Below, piece after piece: positions 23,091 to 33,325 of a stretch of 64,000 nucleotides of DNA (positions within the stretch are counted from its first letter, which is position 1; each line of letters begins with the position of its first letter). The stretch lies in assembly GCA_963791765.1 (NCBI GenBank), contig CAWBTL010000005.1:302235-366234 (forward strand), written 5' to 3'. The notes beneath the pieces were generated by a model, which did no database searches, had not been told where the DNA came from, and worked only from the letters and a program-made list of their open reading frames with translations. Source of the DNA: an uncultured Alphaproteobacteria bacterium (GTDB lineage Bacteria; Pseudomonadota; Alphaproteobacteria; Sphingomonadales; Sphingomonadaceae). Both the position numbers and the translations under genes were made by a program.

Positions 23091-23930
23091 ATGCCCGATC
23101 CCGATCCCAAGATCTTCGAAGGCTTCAGCGTCGATCTTTCAGGCAAGGTTGCCGTCGTGCTCGGCTGTTCGGCCGAAGGCGGCACCGGCTGGGCGGTGGC
23201 CGAGGCATTGGCGAGAAATGGCGCAAAAGTCGTGGTCGGATCGCGCACACGCACCGAGCTTGACCGGCTGGCGGCGAAGATCGGCGGCACTGCGGTGACC
23301 TGCGATGCAGGCGACGAGGCGCAGGTCAAGGCGCTGGCGCAGGCGGCGCTCGACACTTACGGGCGGCTCGACATCGCGGTGAATTCCGCCGGTCAGCCGG
23401 TCATCAGCCTGATTGCCGATATCGAACAGGAACAGCTCGACCAGGCCGTGCGGGTCAATCTGTTCGGCAATTTCTACTTCGTCAAACATATGGCCGCAGC
23501 CATCGGTTCGAACGGGTCCATCGTCATCATATCGTCGATCAGTTCGACGCATCCGATCCTGCCTCATGCCGGCTATGCAGCGGCCAAGGCGGCGAGCGAC
23601 TGTCTGGTGCGCTATGCCGCGCTTGAATATGGCCCGAAGAATATCCGCATCAACTCGATCCTGCCCGCATCGATCAAATCCGACATGGCGAAGGAAGCCT
23701 TCGCGCTGGCGGAGTTTGAAGCGATCCAGGCGCGCGAAGTGCCGCTGGGACGGGTCGGGTTTCCCGAGGACTTTGCCAACGGCGTGCTGTTCCTTGCCGG
23801 GCCTTCCTATATGACCGGTGTGAACTGGCAATTGAACGGCGGCAACCAGCTGACCCGCCTGCCCTATCTCGACGAGCTCCCCGGCGGACGCGAAGCCTAT
23901 GGTTCGGGCAAGGTGCTGGGCGACCGTTAG
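23091..23930 (+). CDS. SDR oxidoreductase
   Basis: GKVAVVLG, VNSAG, YAAAK (YxxxK) and IRINSILP motifs. Confidence 0.92.
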   Translation: MPDPDPKIFEGFSVDLSGKVAVVLGCSAEGGTGWAVAEALARNGAKVVVGSRTRTELDRLAAKIGGTAVTCDAGDEAQVKALAQAALDTYGRLDIAVNSAGQPVISLIADIEQEQLDQAVRVNLFGNFYFVKHMAAAIGSNGSIVIISSISSTHPILPHAGYAAAKAASDCLVRYAALEYGPKNIRINSILPASIKSDMAKEAFALAEFEAIQAREVPLGRVGFPEDFANGVLFLAGPSYMTGVNWQLNGGNQLTRLPYLDELPGGREAYGSGKVLGDR

Positions 23931-24026
23931 CCTGCTTCGGCCCGCACTTGCGCTGGATTGATACGGTTGTATACGGTTCGTTTTTGAACGTATCTCCCCT
24001 AACGGGCAATCGGGAACGACACGCGC

Positions 24027-24530
24027 ATGGCAAACAGGACAAAAGCCGCGAAGGCAGTCGAGACGGCCAAAATCCGCAAAGTCGCGCCGCAGCCCTACCT
24101 CAAGATCGGCTTTCTGGTGCATGACGTATCGCGCATGCGCCGGACCCTGTTCGATCAGCGGCTCAAGGATCTGGGCATAACCCGGGCGCAGTGGTCGGCG
24201 CTGGCGGCGCTGTCGCGGCACGAAATCGAAGGCACCATCCAGAGCCATCTCGCGCGCGAGCTGGAGGTCGGCAAGGTCACCATCGGCGGGCTGATCGACC
24301 GGCTGGAGGCCAGCGGCATCGTCGAGCGCCAGACCGACGCCGAAGATCGCCGCATCCGCCGCGTGTTCATCACCGCCAAGGGCTATGACGTGATCGAGCA
24401 GATGCAATCCATCGGCCGCGAGCTCAACACGGTGATCATGAAAGACATCACCACCGACCAGATCCACCTGGCCGAGGAAGTGCTCCACCAGATGAAGGTC
24501 AATCTGCGCGAGGCTCTGCTGCAGGAATGA
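24027..24530 (+). CDS. MarR family regulator
   Basis: GITRAQW.AL, Q..LA.EL.V.K.T...LIDRLE..G...R...DRR winged HTH. Confidence 0.93.
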   Translation: MANRTKAAKAVETAKIRKVAPQPYLKIGFLVHDVSRMRRTLFDQRLKDLGITRAQWSALAALSRHEIEGTIQSHLARELEVGKVTIGGLIDRLEASGIVERQTDAEDRRIRRVFITAKGYDVIEQMQSIGRELNTVIMKDITTDQIHLAEEVLHQMKVNLREALLQE

Positions 24531-24673
24531 GTGGGGCTGCAGGAATAAACACCTGCCGAATCCGGTTGATCGGGAAAGTCAGCTAGCATATCGTTACCTA
24601 GCGAGCTTGATTGGCTCGGCGGAGGGATGGGCTGTATTGCCGGGCCCGCGCCAGCCCGGGTAATGGCCAGGTT

Positions 24674-25588
24674 ATGGAGCACCAAGTGGGAAGATTGCTG
24701 GAGGGTAAGGTTGCCATCGTGACCGGAGCGGGGCGAGGGCTGGGCCGGGCCTATGCGCTGATGCTGGCAAAGCATGGTGCCAAAGTCGTGATAAATGACC
24801 TTGGCAGCGCCGTCGATGGATCGACCTCGGACGATACGCCCGCCGAAGAAGTCGCCGCGCTGATCCGCGCCGACGGCGGCGAGGCGGCGGTCAACACCGG
24901 CGACGTCACCAGCTGGGACGCGGCAAAGGCGATGGTCGAGCAGGCGGTGGACAGCTTCGGCACGCTCGACATCCTGATCAACAACGCCGGCATCCTGCGC
25001 GACCGGATGCTGATCAACATGACCGAAAGCGAATGGGACCAGGTGGTGAATGTCCACCTCAAGGGCACCTTCGCGCCGATGCACCACGCCGCCAATTTCT
25101 GGCGGCTGGAGCAGAAGGCCGGCAAGCCGGTCGACGCGCGGATCATCAACACCACCTCGCACAGCGCGCTGTTCGCCAACATTGGCCAGACGAATTACGC
25201 CGCAGCCAAGGCGGGCATCGCCACCATGTCGATCGTCGCTGCGCGCGAACTGGCGCGCTACGGGGTTACCGTCAACGCCATCGCCCCGCGCGCCAACACC
25301 CGGATGACCGAAGGCCTGCGCGAGTGGACGCCCGAACAGGTCGAAAAGCGCAAGCCTGACTGGATCGCAGCGCTGGTTGCATGGCTCGCCAGCCCCGAGG
25401 CGAAAAGCGTCAGCGGCCGCGTGTTCGAAGCCTGGGGATACGGCTATGCGGTGATGGAAAGCTGGCAGCACGGTCCCGCCATGGAGGCCTCGCAAGACCC
25501 GACGGCGATCGGCGAGGATGTGAAGCGGATCGTGCGGTTTGCCCGGGCCAACGCCGGGATCAATGCCAACGAATGGCTCGATCCCTAA
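24674..25588 (+). CDS. SDR oxidoreductase (MFE-2/17beta-HSD4-like hydroxyacyl-CoA dehydrogenase type)
   Basis: TGAGRGLGRAYA, NNAGILRDR, VHLKGTF and NYAAAKAG motifs. Confidence 0.9.
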   Translation: MEHQVGRLLEGKVAIVTGAGRGLGRAYALMLAKHGAKVVINDLGSAVDGSTSDDTPAEEVAALIRADGGEAAVNTGDVTSWDAAKAMVEQAVDSFGTLDILINNAGILRDRMLINMTESEWDQVVNVHLKGTFAPMHHAANFWRLEQKAGKPVDARIINTTSHSALFANIGQTNYAAAKAGIATMSIVAARELARYGVTVNAIAPRANTRMTEGLREWTPEQVEKRKPDWIAALVAWLASPEAKSVSGRVFEAWGYGYAVMESWQHGPAMEASQDPTAIGEDVKRIVRFARANAGINANEWLDP

Positions 25589-25603
25589 TTGGCCTGATCC
25601 GAC

Positions 25604-27145
25604 TCAGCTCCCGGCCACGCGGGTATCGCGATCGGCCCAGTAGGGCTCGCGCAGGGCCTTGCGCATGATCTTGCCGACCGGGCTGCGCGCAAGTGGCTCG
25701 GCTTGCAACACCACCTGCGCGGGCTTCTTGTAGCTGCCCAGCTGCGCCGCAACCAGCTCGACGATCTCGGCTTCGGTTACCGTGTGGTCCGGCTTCACCA
25801 CGCACAGCGCCAGCGGCGCTTCGCCCCATTTGGGGTGCGGCACCCCGAACACGGCCACTTCGGCAATTTCGGGATGGTGAGCGATCACCTGTTCCAGTTC
25901 GGAGGGCCAGATGTTGTAGCCGCCCGAAATGATCATGTCGTCGCTGCGGTCGACGACATAGAGGTAGCCGTTGCCATCGATCCGCCCGATGTCGCCGGTC
26001 TTGACCCAGCCATCGACGATGCGCTGGGCAGTGGTTTCGGGGTTGTCCCAGAAGCAGGTCAACTGGCCATCGGCCCGCGCGACAATCTCGCCGGTTTCGC
26101 CAAGCGGGAGGGGGGTGTTGTCCTCGTCCCAGATGGCGACCTGCGAGAACGGCATGACCATTCCCGAGGCGCGCAGCGGAGTGGAGCCTTCGACCTCGGC
26201 AAACCATTGCTCCGGCCCCATGAAGGCGATGGGCAGGACTTCGGTCTGGCCGTAGCCCTGATAAAGCACGTCTCCGAGCAGCTTGCGCCCGGCCAGCGCC
26301 GTGGCTTCGTGGATCGGTGCCGCGCCGATCAGCACGCATTTGAGGCTCGAAAAATCGCGGGTTTCCGCACCCGGATAATCGACCAGCGACCGCAACATCG
26401 TCGCGACCATCATGCAATAGGCGATCCGCTCGCGCTCGATCAGCGCAATCGCTTCGCCCGGATCGAAGTGGTTGACCATGACATTGCAGCCGCCTGCAAA
26501 CCAGACCGGCAGATACTGGTAGCCCGACCCGTGCGAGACCGGCCCGATATGCAGGCAGCTGTCGCCCGGCACGACCTGCGGGAAAATATAGAACCAGTCG
26601 CGCACGCCAGCGAGCCATGAGCGGTGCGAAAAGGCGACGGCCTTGGGCTTGCCAGTGGTGCCCCCGGTGTGGCGGATGAGGTAGATATCGTCGGGCTGGA
26701 TGGCGACGACGGGCTCGATAAGGCTCTGCGCCGCCAGCCATTGTTCATAATCGGGGCCGCGCACCATGACGTGCCGCAGATCGGGCAGCGAGCCGCGAAT
26801 GGCCTCGATCTCGGCGGCATAGTGATCGCTGACCACCACCCCCTTGCAGCCGGTGTGGCCGATCATGTGCTGGTGCGCTTCGGGGGCGTTGCGGGCGTAG
26901 AGCGGCACCCTCACGAGGCCCGCAATGGCGCAGGCCTGGATGAAATCGGCGGCCTCGATGCTATTGTCCTCGAGCACCGCGACCCGGTCCCCCGGTTCCA
27001 GCCCGATGGCAAGCAAGCCATTGGCGAGCCGCACGCCGCGCTCCCACGCCTGGTTGAACGTCAACCGCCGGTCGCCATGAATGACCGCGATCCGCTCGCC
27101 ATGGTAGCGGACGGCCTGTGCCATCAAGGCTCTGACATTGATCAT
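25604..27145 (-). CDS. Acyl-CoA synthetase (AMP-binding)
   Basis: TGGTTGKPK, YGQTE, TGDIG, DRSDDMIISGGYNI and VGKIMRK motifs. Confidence 0.94.
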   Translation of the reverse strand: MINVRALMAQAVRYHGERIAVIHGDRRLTFNQAWERGVRLANGLLAIGLEPGDRVAVLEDNSIEAADFIQACAIAGLVRVPLYARNAPEAHQHMIGHTGCKGVVVSDHYAAEIEAIRGSLPDLRHVMVRGPDYEQWLAAQSLIEPVVAIQPDDIYLIRHTGGTTGKPKAVAFSHRSWLAGVRDWFYIFPQVVPGDSCLHIGPVSHGSGYQYLPVWFAGGCNVMVNHFDPGEAIALIERERIAYCMMVATMLRSLVDYPGAETRDFSSLKCVLIGAAPIHEATALAGRKLLGDVLYQGYGQTEVLPIAFMGPEQWFAEVEGSTPLRASGMVMPFSQVAIWDEDNTPLPLGETGEIVARADGQLTCFWDNPETTAQRIVDGWVKTGDIGRIDGNGYLYVVDRSDDMIISGGYNIWPSELEQVIAHHPEIAEVAVFGVPHPKWGEAPLALCVVKPDHTVTEAEIVELVAAQLGSYKKPAQVVLQAEPLARSPVGKIMRKALREPYWADRDTRVAGS

Positions 27146-27182
27146 TCGTTTCCTCTCGGCATGGGGCTTATGCCAGCTAGAA

Positions 27183-27336
27183 CATATTGAACTTAGTCTG
27201 AATCGAGCCTCAAATTTCCGCTCATCCTGAGCTTGTCGAAGGACCCTCGTGCTCCGTTGAGTTCACCTTAACAACCCTGTGCTTCGACAAGCTCAGCATG
27301 AGCGGGTCTGGTGCAGATTAAGCGCAATTCGCACTA
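27183..27336 (-). repeat. MITE-like element, copy 2 (one terminus degenerate)
   Basis: Reverse-complement match to 13031-13189 over about 130 bp. Confidence 0.85.
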
Positions 27337-27358
27337 AGCTCTCGGAACTCGGCTTGTG

Positions 27359-28498
27359 TCATCTCAGAAATGCCCATCCCTTGTCCCCGCGAAGGCAAGC
27401 CTCATAAGCGTCGGGCTCAAGCGGCTGCAAGATGCCCGTCGTCACTTCGCCGTCGCAGTTGATGCGGCAGTGATGTTCGTTGAGGCCGCGCAGGTGCAGC
27501 CGGTTGGCGGGGTCAGACAGGTCGAAGCGATCGCCCTGGACCAGATTGTCGCCGACATAGTCGCCCTGCCAGATAGTCTTGTCGGGCGATCCGCCATAGA
27601 GGCCGCAGGTCATGTAGGCGGTCTGGTTGCCGATGCGTTCAAAGCACACGCGCTTCACTTCGCCGCCATCGAGCGTGTAATCGATTTCGCCTTCGAGGAA
27701 GATCCTGGTGTCCTCCTCGAAGCGCAACCGCCGTTCGACTTTCCTGACTTTGCCGTGGCCCGCGCGAGGGTCGCCGTGGCGGTAGAGCACGATCGGTCCC
27801 CAGATCGCGAAGTCCCGGAAGGCGAACCAGTTGCCGCCGATCCAGCCAGCCTTGGGAGGCTTGGCACCTTCCTGGAAGCGCGGGCCGCCGACACCGCGGC
27901 CGATGCCCCAGTGCCGGTCACGGGTGCCGCGTCCGGTCAGCGCAATGCGCGTCCCGTCGATCTCGACCCAGCCCTCGACTTCGCCAAAGCTTTCGAACCC
28001 CGCGGTGACGTGGCGCTGGCGACCATCGCTGAGCGGGCTGTAGGCCGAGCGGTACATCTGGCGGTGGGTATCGTGCCAAGAAAGGTCGAATGCGATGCCG
28101 TGATCGTTGGGCGCGAGCACATGCCGCCATTCGCGCATCCCGGCGATGATCGTCGGCTGGATCGGGCCGACATGGATATTGCCGCGATTGGCCCCGATCC
28201 GCCGGAAGGCGCGGACCGAAGTCTGCACGCCCTTCCAGGTGACGATGGCATAGGCTTCGGCGGTGTCGAGATTGGGATAGAAGCTGCCCCCGGTCGCGAT
28301 CAGCAGCTCGCCTGCCTCGTCGTGGAAGACATTCCAGTGGCGTTCGAAAAAGCGCGGGTTGGTGGAAGCGACCACCCGGATCGGGTTGGGGGTCTGGTGG
28401 ATCAGGTGATCGTCGAGCGGTGACAGCGGGGCCTGCGCGCCGAAATGCGCGTCCGCTTCGAAGGCCCAATCGCCCGTCATGCCTATGCCTTTCGTCAT
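27359..28498 (-). CDS. Conserved hypothetical protein, paralog of 20288-21496
   Basis: DDHLIHQTP...RFFERHW...YPNLD...GTRDRHWG; overlaps the P450 stop codon. Confidence 0.75.
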   Translation of the reverse strand: MTKGIGMTGDWAFEADAHFGAQAPLSPLDDHLIHQTPNPIRVVASTNPRFFERHWNVFHDEAGELLIATGGSFYPNLDTAEAYAIVTWKGVQTSVRAFRRIGANRGNIHVGPIQPTIIAGMREWRHVLAPNDHGIAFDLSWHDTHRQMYRSAYSPLSDGRQRHVTAGFESFGEVEGWVEIDGTRIALTGRGTRDRHWGIGRGVGGPRFQEGAKPPKAGWIGGNWFAFRDFAIWGPIVLYRHGDPRAGHGKVRKVERRLRFEEDTRIFLEGEIDYTLDGGEVKRVCFERIGNQTAYMTCGLYGGSPDKTIWQGDYVGDNLVQGDRFDLSDPANRLHLRGLNEHHCRINCDGEVTTGILQPLEPDAYEACLRGDKGWAFLR

Positions 28499-29718
28499 GA
28501 CAATTTCAGCGGCAGGCGGGTTGGCCCGCGCGTGACCATGGAATTGATCCAGGGAATGTCTGCCTCCGGCTCGGCCAGCTCGATGCGGCTGAAGCGTTCA
28601 AGCAGGCATTCCACCGCCACCTGACCTTCGATCCGCGCGAGCGGGGTGCCGAGGCAGAAATGGTGCCCCTTGCCGAACGCCATGTGCGGGTTCGGGTTGC
28701 GCGTAATATCGAGCATGTCGGGATCGGCAAAAACCTGCCCGTCGCGGTTGGCGGCCACCAGCATGGCGAAAATCCGTTCACCCGGGGAGAGTTGCTTGCC
28801 GCCCAATTCGGTCTCCCTCGCTACCATCCGGCCGATTGACAGCACCGGACTGTCATAGCGCAGAAATTCATCGACGGCACGCGCCATGCCATCGGGGTTC
28901 TGCCGCAGCGCCTCAGCCTGGTCCGGGTGATGCGCCAGCGCCAGCAGTGAATTGTTGATCAGATTGGCGGTGGTCTCGTGCCCGCCGTTGAGCACCATCA
29001 TCAGGCTGCCGATCAGCTCGTCGTCGTTCAGTCGCTCCCCCCCGGCTTCGGACAGGATCAGCTGCGAGAGCATGTCATCGCGAGGGTCGGTGCGGCGCTC
29101 CTCGATCATGCCCTGGAACAGGCCTGCCATCGCCACCGCGCCGCGCCGGGCACGTTCGTATTTATCGGGCACACCGCGCGCGCTGCCGATGAACAGCATC
29201 ATGTCGTCCGACCAGCCCTTGACCTCCAGCAGCCGGTTACGCGGCACCCCCATCAGGTCCATGATCACCATGCCCGGCAGCTGGATCGAGAATGCCGGGA
29301 GAATGTTGACAACCTCGCCGCGTGGCAAGCCGTCGAGCAGGGTTCCGGCAATCTCGCGGATCGAACCGCGCAGTGCTTCGAACACCGGCAGGTTGAGCAC
29401 CCGGTTCATGTGGCGGCGCAGGCGGGTGTGATCGGGCGGATCGCGGAACACCATCCAGTGGCTCAGCCAGCGCAGGATCTGGGTGGCAATTTCCTGGACC
29501 GGCGCGGGCAAATGCTTGCGCACGCTGCCCAGGCGCTCGGCGGAATAGGTTTCGGCGTCGATCAGCACATTGCCCGCCAGTTCGTAGCGCGTCACGATCC
29601 AGGCCTGCATCGGATCGCTCCAGTGCACCGGATCTTCTGCGCGAAGCTGCGCAAATATGGCATGCGGATTGCGCAAGGTCGCCGGGTTGGAGGGATCATA
29701 GACAAGGTCGTCGATCAT
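28495..29718 (-). CDS. Cytochrome P450
   Basis: GGHETT, DEFLR and FGKGHHFCLG motifs. Confidence 0.96.
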   Translation of the reverse strand: MIDDLVYDPSNPATLRNPHAIFAQLRAEDPVHWSDPMQAWIVTRYELAGNVLIDAETYSAERLGSVRKHLPAPVQEIATQILRWLSHWMVFRDPPDHTRLRRHMNRVLNLPVFEALRGSIREIAGTLLDGLPRGEVVNILPAFSIQLPGMVIMDLMGVPRNRLLEVKGWSDDMMLFIGSARGVPDKYERARRGAVAMAGLFQGMIEERRTDPRDDMLSQLILSEAGGERLNDDELIGSLMMVLNGGHETTANLINNSLLALAHHPDQAEALRQNPDGMARAVDEFLRYDSPVLSIGRMVARETELGGKQLSPGERIFAMLVAANRDGQVFADPDMLDITRNPNPHMAFGKGHHFCLGTPLARIEGQVAVECLLERFSRIELAEPEADIPWINSMVTRGPTRLPLKLS

Positions 29719-30368
29719 CGGACCGTTCCTGTCTGCGGGCTCAGCCGCGAGAAGATCAGATCGAGATGTTCGGACAGAACCGCCTCGCGCTTGCGCCCCT
29801 CGAACACCCAGCCCTTGAGCGCGCGCATATGCGACAGCAGGATGATCTCATGCGCCAGCAGCCGGTCATCGACCTTGCGAAACACATCGATGGCGACTTC
29901 GGCGCGGATCAGGTCGCCAAAGAATTCGGCGATCTTGCGTTCCTCGGCGGTGTAGCGTTTCTTGGCTTCCTCACCGAGCGACTGGTATTCCCGGTAGGCG
30001 ACGAGGATCGATGCGGCTGCGTCCCAGTGCCGGTTCCAGTAGGTGCAGATTGCTGCCTGCAGCTTGTCTTCCACGCCCCGCGCGGCCTCGGTGGCTGCGA
30101 TCATGTCCTCGATCAGATTGTCGTTGATCTCGTCGCAGACCATTTCGAGCAGGTCGCTTTTGGTGTCGATATGGCGGTACAGTCCGCCGATGCTCATGGC
30201 GGCGCGCTGCGCCACTTCATTGACCGAAACCGCGTCAAAGCCGCGCTCCTCGATCAGTTGCATGACGACTTGCGAGAGGTGATGCCGCCGCTGCCGCGCG
30301 CGCTCCTGCCGGATGCCGGTGCGCGGCCTGGGCGGGTTTTCCGGCGGTGGCTTGAGGGCGGTTTCCAT
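29715..30368 (-). CDS. TetR family regulator
   Basis: GFDAVSVNEVAQRAAMSIGGLYRHI.TK HTH. Confidence 0.92.
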   Translation of the reverse strand: METALKPPPENPPRPRTGIRQERARQRRHHLSQVVMQLIEERGFDAVSVNEVAQRAAMSIGGLYRHIDTKSDLLEMVCDEINDNLIEDMIAATEAARGVEDKLQAAICTYWNRHWDAAASILVAYREYQSLGEEAKKRYTAEERKIAEFFGDLIRAEVAIDVFRKVDDRLLAHEIILLSHMRALKGWVFEGRKREAVLSEHLDLIFSRLSPQTGTVR

Positions 30369-30375
30369 GTGCGAC

Positions 30376-31872
30376 CTAATCCTGAAACCGGGCGAGCAGC
30401 ATGATCGACCCGTCCGCGTCGCCGCCCACCGCGATGCTGCCGTCTGCCAGCGCGGCAATGTCCGAGAAGGGCAGCAGCGGTCCCGGCATCAGCAGATCGA
30501 TACCCGGCAATGTGTTGATTTTCATTCCCGAGCTCGCGCCAACCGGAAGCTGCGTGGCGACAATTTCGGATGCGCCGTCCGCCAACCTGTGGAGCGATCC
30601 CGTGCCCCGATCCAGCACGAAGACCGCGCCGCCCGAAGAGGTCACACCGTGCGGCTCGACCAGCCCCTCGAGCATGGTCGCGACGTGGCCGTCCTTGATA
30701 TGCACGACCCGGCCCGCGCCCGCTTCGGATACGACCACGCTGCCATCGGCATGACAATGAACCCCGGTCGGCACGGACAGTCCGCTCGCCAGAACCTGCG
30801 TTTCTCCGCCCGCGCCGATGCTTAGCACGCGGCCCGCGCCCGCTTCGCACACCACGACATCGCCGGTGGCCGCCAGCGCCACGCCCATGGCGCGGTCAAG
30901 CCCTTCGAGCAGCGGGACGGCCTCTTCGCCCAGACGGTAGCGCGCGACCATGCCCGCGCTGTTGCTGGTGATATGGGCGCCGTCGGGCGCAACTGCGATG
31001 CCGCGCACATAACCGGGAAAGCCATGCTGCAGCAGCATAGCCGGTCGATGGACGCTGCCATCCTCGCCGATCTGCGCCAGGCTCATCCCGTCCGCCGCGA
31101 CCAGTGACCCGCCGGGGTCGGCGGCAAGACCGAACGGTCCAAGCATGCCGCCGCACACGGCCTGCCGGGTAGTGCCACCCGGCGAAACTTCAACCACCCC
31201 GCCGTCGGTGAAATGCGAGACGAACATCCGTCCGTCAGGCGCGAATTCGAAATTGTCGATCCCGAAGGCGAGGCGGGCGAATTCGGTCTTCCTGCCCGAT
31301 GCCAGGTCGAAATGGGTCACCGCGCCGCTGCCCGATTCGACGACAAACAACCGCCCGGCGGCATCGAATTTCACCGCAGTCGGGATGCTGAAATCCCCCG
31401 CCACCCGTTCTGCCGCTCCGCCGGCGACGGGAACCCGCCAGACCTCGTTCAGCGGCACCAGCGGGAAGTAGAGGCAATCGTCGGGGCCAAGGCACAGCGC
31501 GTTGGGCATCATCAACCCGCTGGCAATCACCCGCGGCGTTGCACCATCGGCGAACAGTTCGAGAATGCGGCCATCGGGGTTGAATTCGCTCATGAAGATG
31601 CGGTCACCGTGCACGGTGATGCCGTTGGCAACCGGGACATCGGCGGCGATCACATCGACTTTGCCGCCGGGCCGCCAGGCACTCACCCGCGCGCTCATCA
31701 CTTCGGTCGCATACATGGTGCCGTGGCTGTCGAAGGCGAGATCGTCGGGGGCGATGATGGGGCCGCCTGCCGGGCTGATGATTTCTGCCGCACCGCTCGC
31801 GACATCGACGGCGCTCACCTGTCCGCCAAATGCCTGCGCGACGTAGAGCCGCCCGTCGGGCCCCCAGCGCAT
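30376..31872 (-). CDS. SMP-30/gluconolactonase/NHL-type beta-propeller protein (true start probably about 80-100 nt further upstream)
   Basis: Repeated GPDG/PDDLAFD/ANGI/PNAL/PTAV/PFGLA/PTGV/PHGV blades; frame stays open upstream of the annotated ATG (WTLQTRAAPAALIGANG). Confidence 0.8.
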   Translation of the reverse strand: MRWGPDGRLYVAQAFGGQVSAVDVASGAAEIISPAGGPIIAPDDLAFDSHGTMYATEVMSARVSAWRPGGKVDVIAADVPVANGITVHGDRIFMSEFNPDGRILELFADGATPRVIASGLMMPNALCLGPDDCLYFPLVPLNEVWRVPVAGGAAERVAGDFSIPTAVKFDAAGRLFVVESGSGAVTHFDLASGRKTEFARLAFGIDNFEFAPDGRMFVSHFTDGGVVEVSPGGTTRQAVCGGMLGPFGLAADPGGSLVAADGMSLAQIGEDGSVHRPAMLLQHGFPGYVRGIAVAPDGAHITSNSAGMVARYRLGEEAVPLLEGLDRAMGVALAATGDVVVCEAGAGRVLSIGAGGETQVLASGLSVPTGVHCHADGSVVVSEAGAGRVVHIKDGHVATMLEGLVEPHGVTSSGGAVFVLDRGTGSLHRLADGASEIVATQLPVGASSGMKINTLPGIDLLMPGPLLPFSDIAALADGSIAVGGDADGSIMLLARFQD

Positions 31873-31977
31873 GCCGTTTGCACCGATCAGGGCAGCGGGG
31901 GCAGCGCGGGTTTGCAGCGTCCAGCCTTGGGCGCATTGGGGAGCAGGTGCGGATTGTCCAAGCCGGTCAGTCAGAAG

Positions 31978-32376
31978 TCAGCCCTCCCGTTCCCCATCGC
32001 CGACAAACCGGCAGTCCCGCGCATTCATCCGCCGATGGAGCGCTTCGATTTCAGGCGTGGGCTCCTGCCGGGCGACAATGTCCTGCAACTGCAGATTGCG
32101 CGCGGCGGCGCGGCGCAGGGCGGGGTCGTTATAGCCGGGTGGCTCTACGGCTGGCGGCGGCGCATCGGCGAGCGGGCCAAGCACTCGCTCCATGTCGGCA
32201 TTGTCCTCGCCAATATGGGTGGGGGCGAGGTCCCAGCTCTTCTCCAGCCGCCCCAGCAGATGCAGCGCGGCCTTGATCTGGCTATGCGCAGCGCCCTTGG
32301 GGACCGCCGGCAGCACGCCCTCTGTAAGGCTGGCGCGCAGCCCGGCGAGCAGTTCCCCGGTGCTAGGCCGCAGCAC
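31978..32376 (-). CDS. Small helical partner of APH protein (LvaB/DUF6285-like, tentative)
   Basis: Probable GTG start overlapping the APH stop; LRPSTGELLAGLRASL.EGVLP N-terminus. Confidence 0.6.
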   Translation of the reverse strand: MLRPSTGELLAGLRASLTEGVLPAVPKGAAHSQIKAALHLLGRLEKSWDLAPTHIGEDNADMERVLGPLADAPPPAVEPPGYNDPALRRAAARNLQLQDIVARQEPTPEIEALHRRMNARDCRFVGDGEREG

Positions 32377-33325
32377 TTGCCGCCTCCCGGTTCTCGCCAT
32401 CGATCCAGTCGAAGCACAGCCGCACGCATTCGGGGATCTTGGCCGCCCGGTCGATATGGCGGAGGTTGGCGGTATCGCCGCGCGCGAAGGATGCCGCGGC
32501 AGAAACCGAAATGACCGCGAATTTCACCTCGCTGAAAATGCGGTAGTACAGGATGTTGCGGCGGGGGATGCCGAGTCCATGCGCGCCTGCGAACTCTTCA
32601 AGGCTCATGAACCGTTCCGGGCTCCACAGCACGCGATAGGCCCATGCCACGTCTTCGGCCGGATCGCCGATATGCGCCATTTCCCAGTCGAGCAGGGCCT
32701 CGATCCGGTCGCCCTCGAACAGGAAATTGCCGGGGCGCAGGTCGCCGTGGATCAGGCTCAGGCGGGAGGGCGGCGGCACTTGCGCCTTGAGCCAGCGGAA
32801 CAGCCACGCCAGCGCGGGCAGGGGCTCGAGGCGGTGGGCGAGGAAGCGCGATTCCCAGAGCAGCACTTCATCGAGCGGGTTCCGAGCCGTCAGACCCGCT
32901 GCGGCCCAATCGAAGCTGTGCACTCTGGCGATCGCCTGGGCCAGTGCTGCGGTCGCGGAGCGCCCTGTATCCCGGTCAAGCTTCAGAAACTCGACCGCGC
33001 CCGCCTGCCCCTCGATCCGTTCGAGCACCAGAGCCGGGCCGCCGGTCACAACGCCGTCCGCATCCAGCGCCAGCGCGGCGGGGGCGCACAGCCCGTGCCC
33101 GGTCATGGCCCGCAGGACGCGGAATTCCTCGGCGGTATCGGATTCGACATGCTTGCCCGCCACTTGCGCGAGCAGGATGCAGGGCTGAATTCTGCCGTCA
33201 CCGGCAACAGCGTCGAACGACCAGGCCCGCCGGGCATTCCCGCCCGAGACCGGCTGCAAACCGGCAATCGCCACCCCGCCGCCCAGCAGTGCGGCCAGCC
33301 TCTCGGCGAGGCCCGGGTCGCTCAC
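32363..33325 (-). CDS. APH/ACAD10-like phosphotransferase
   Basis: SGGNARRAW, IHGDLRPGN and LDWEMAHIGDP motifs. Confidence 0.9.
   Translation of the reverse strand: MSDPGLAERLAALLGGGVAIAGLQPVSGGNARRAWSFDAVAGDGRIQPCILLAQVAGKHVESDTAEEFRVLRAMTGHGLCAPAALALDADGVVTGGPALVLERIEGQAGAVEFLKLDRDTGRSATAALAQAIARVHSFDWAAAGLTARNPLDEVLLWESRFLAHRLEPLPALAWLFRWLKAQVPPPSRLSLIHGDLRPGNFLFEGDRIEALLDWEMAHIGDPAEDVAWAYRVLWSPERFMSLEEFAGAHGLGIPRRNILYYRIFSEVKFAVISVSAAASFARGDTANLRHIDRAAKIPECVRLCFDWIDGENREAASAAA

Noticed and set aside
18918-29718. Assigning the P450s to camphor CYP101, or the cluster to a known cam or steroid operon
   Set aside because: The sequences do not resemble what I recall of CYP101, and hallmark genes (putidaredoxin, diketocamphane monooxygenases, KstD, HsaC, IpdAB) were not recognised.
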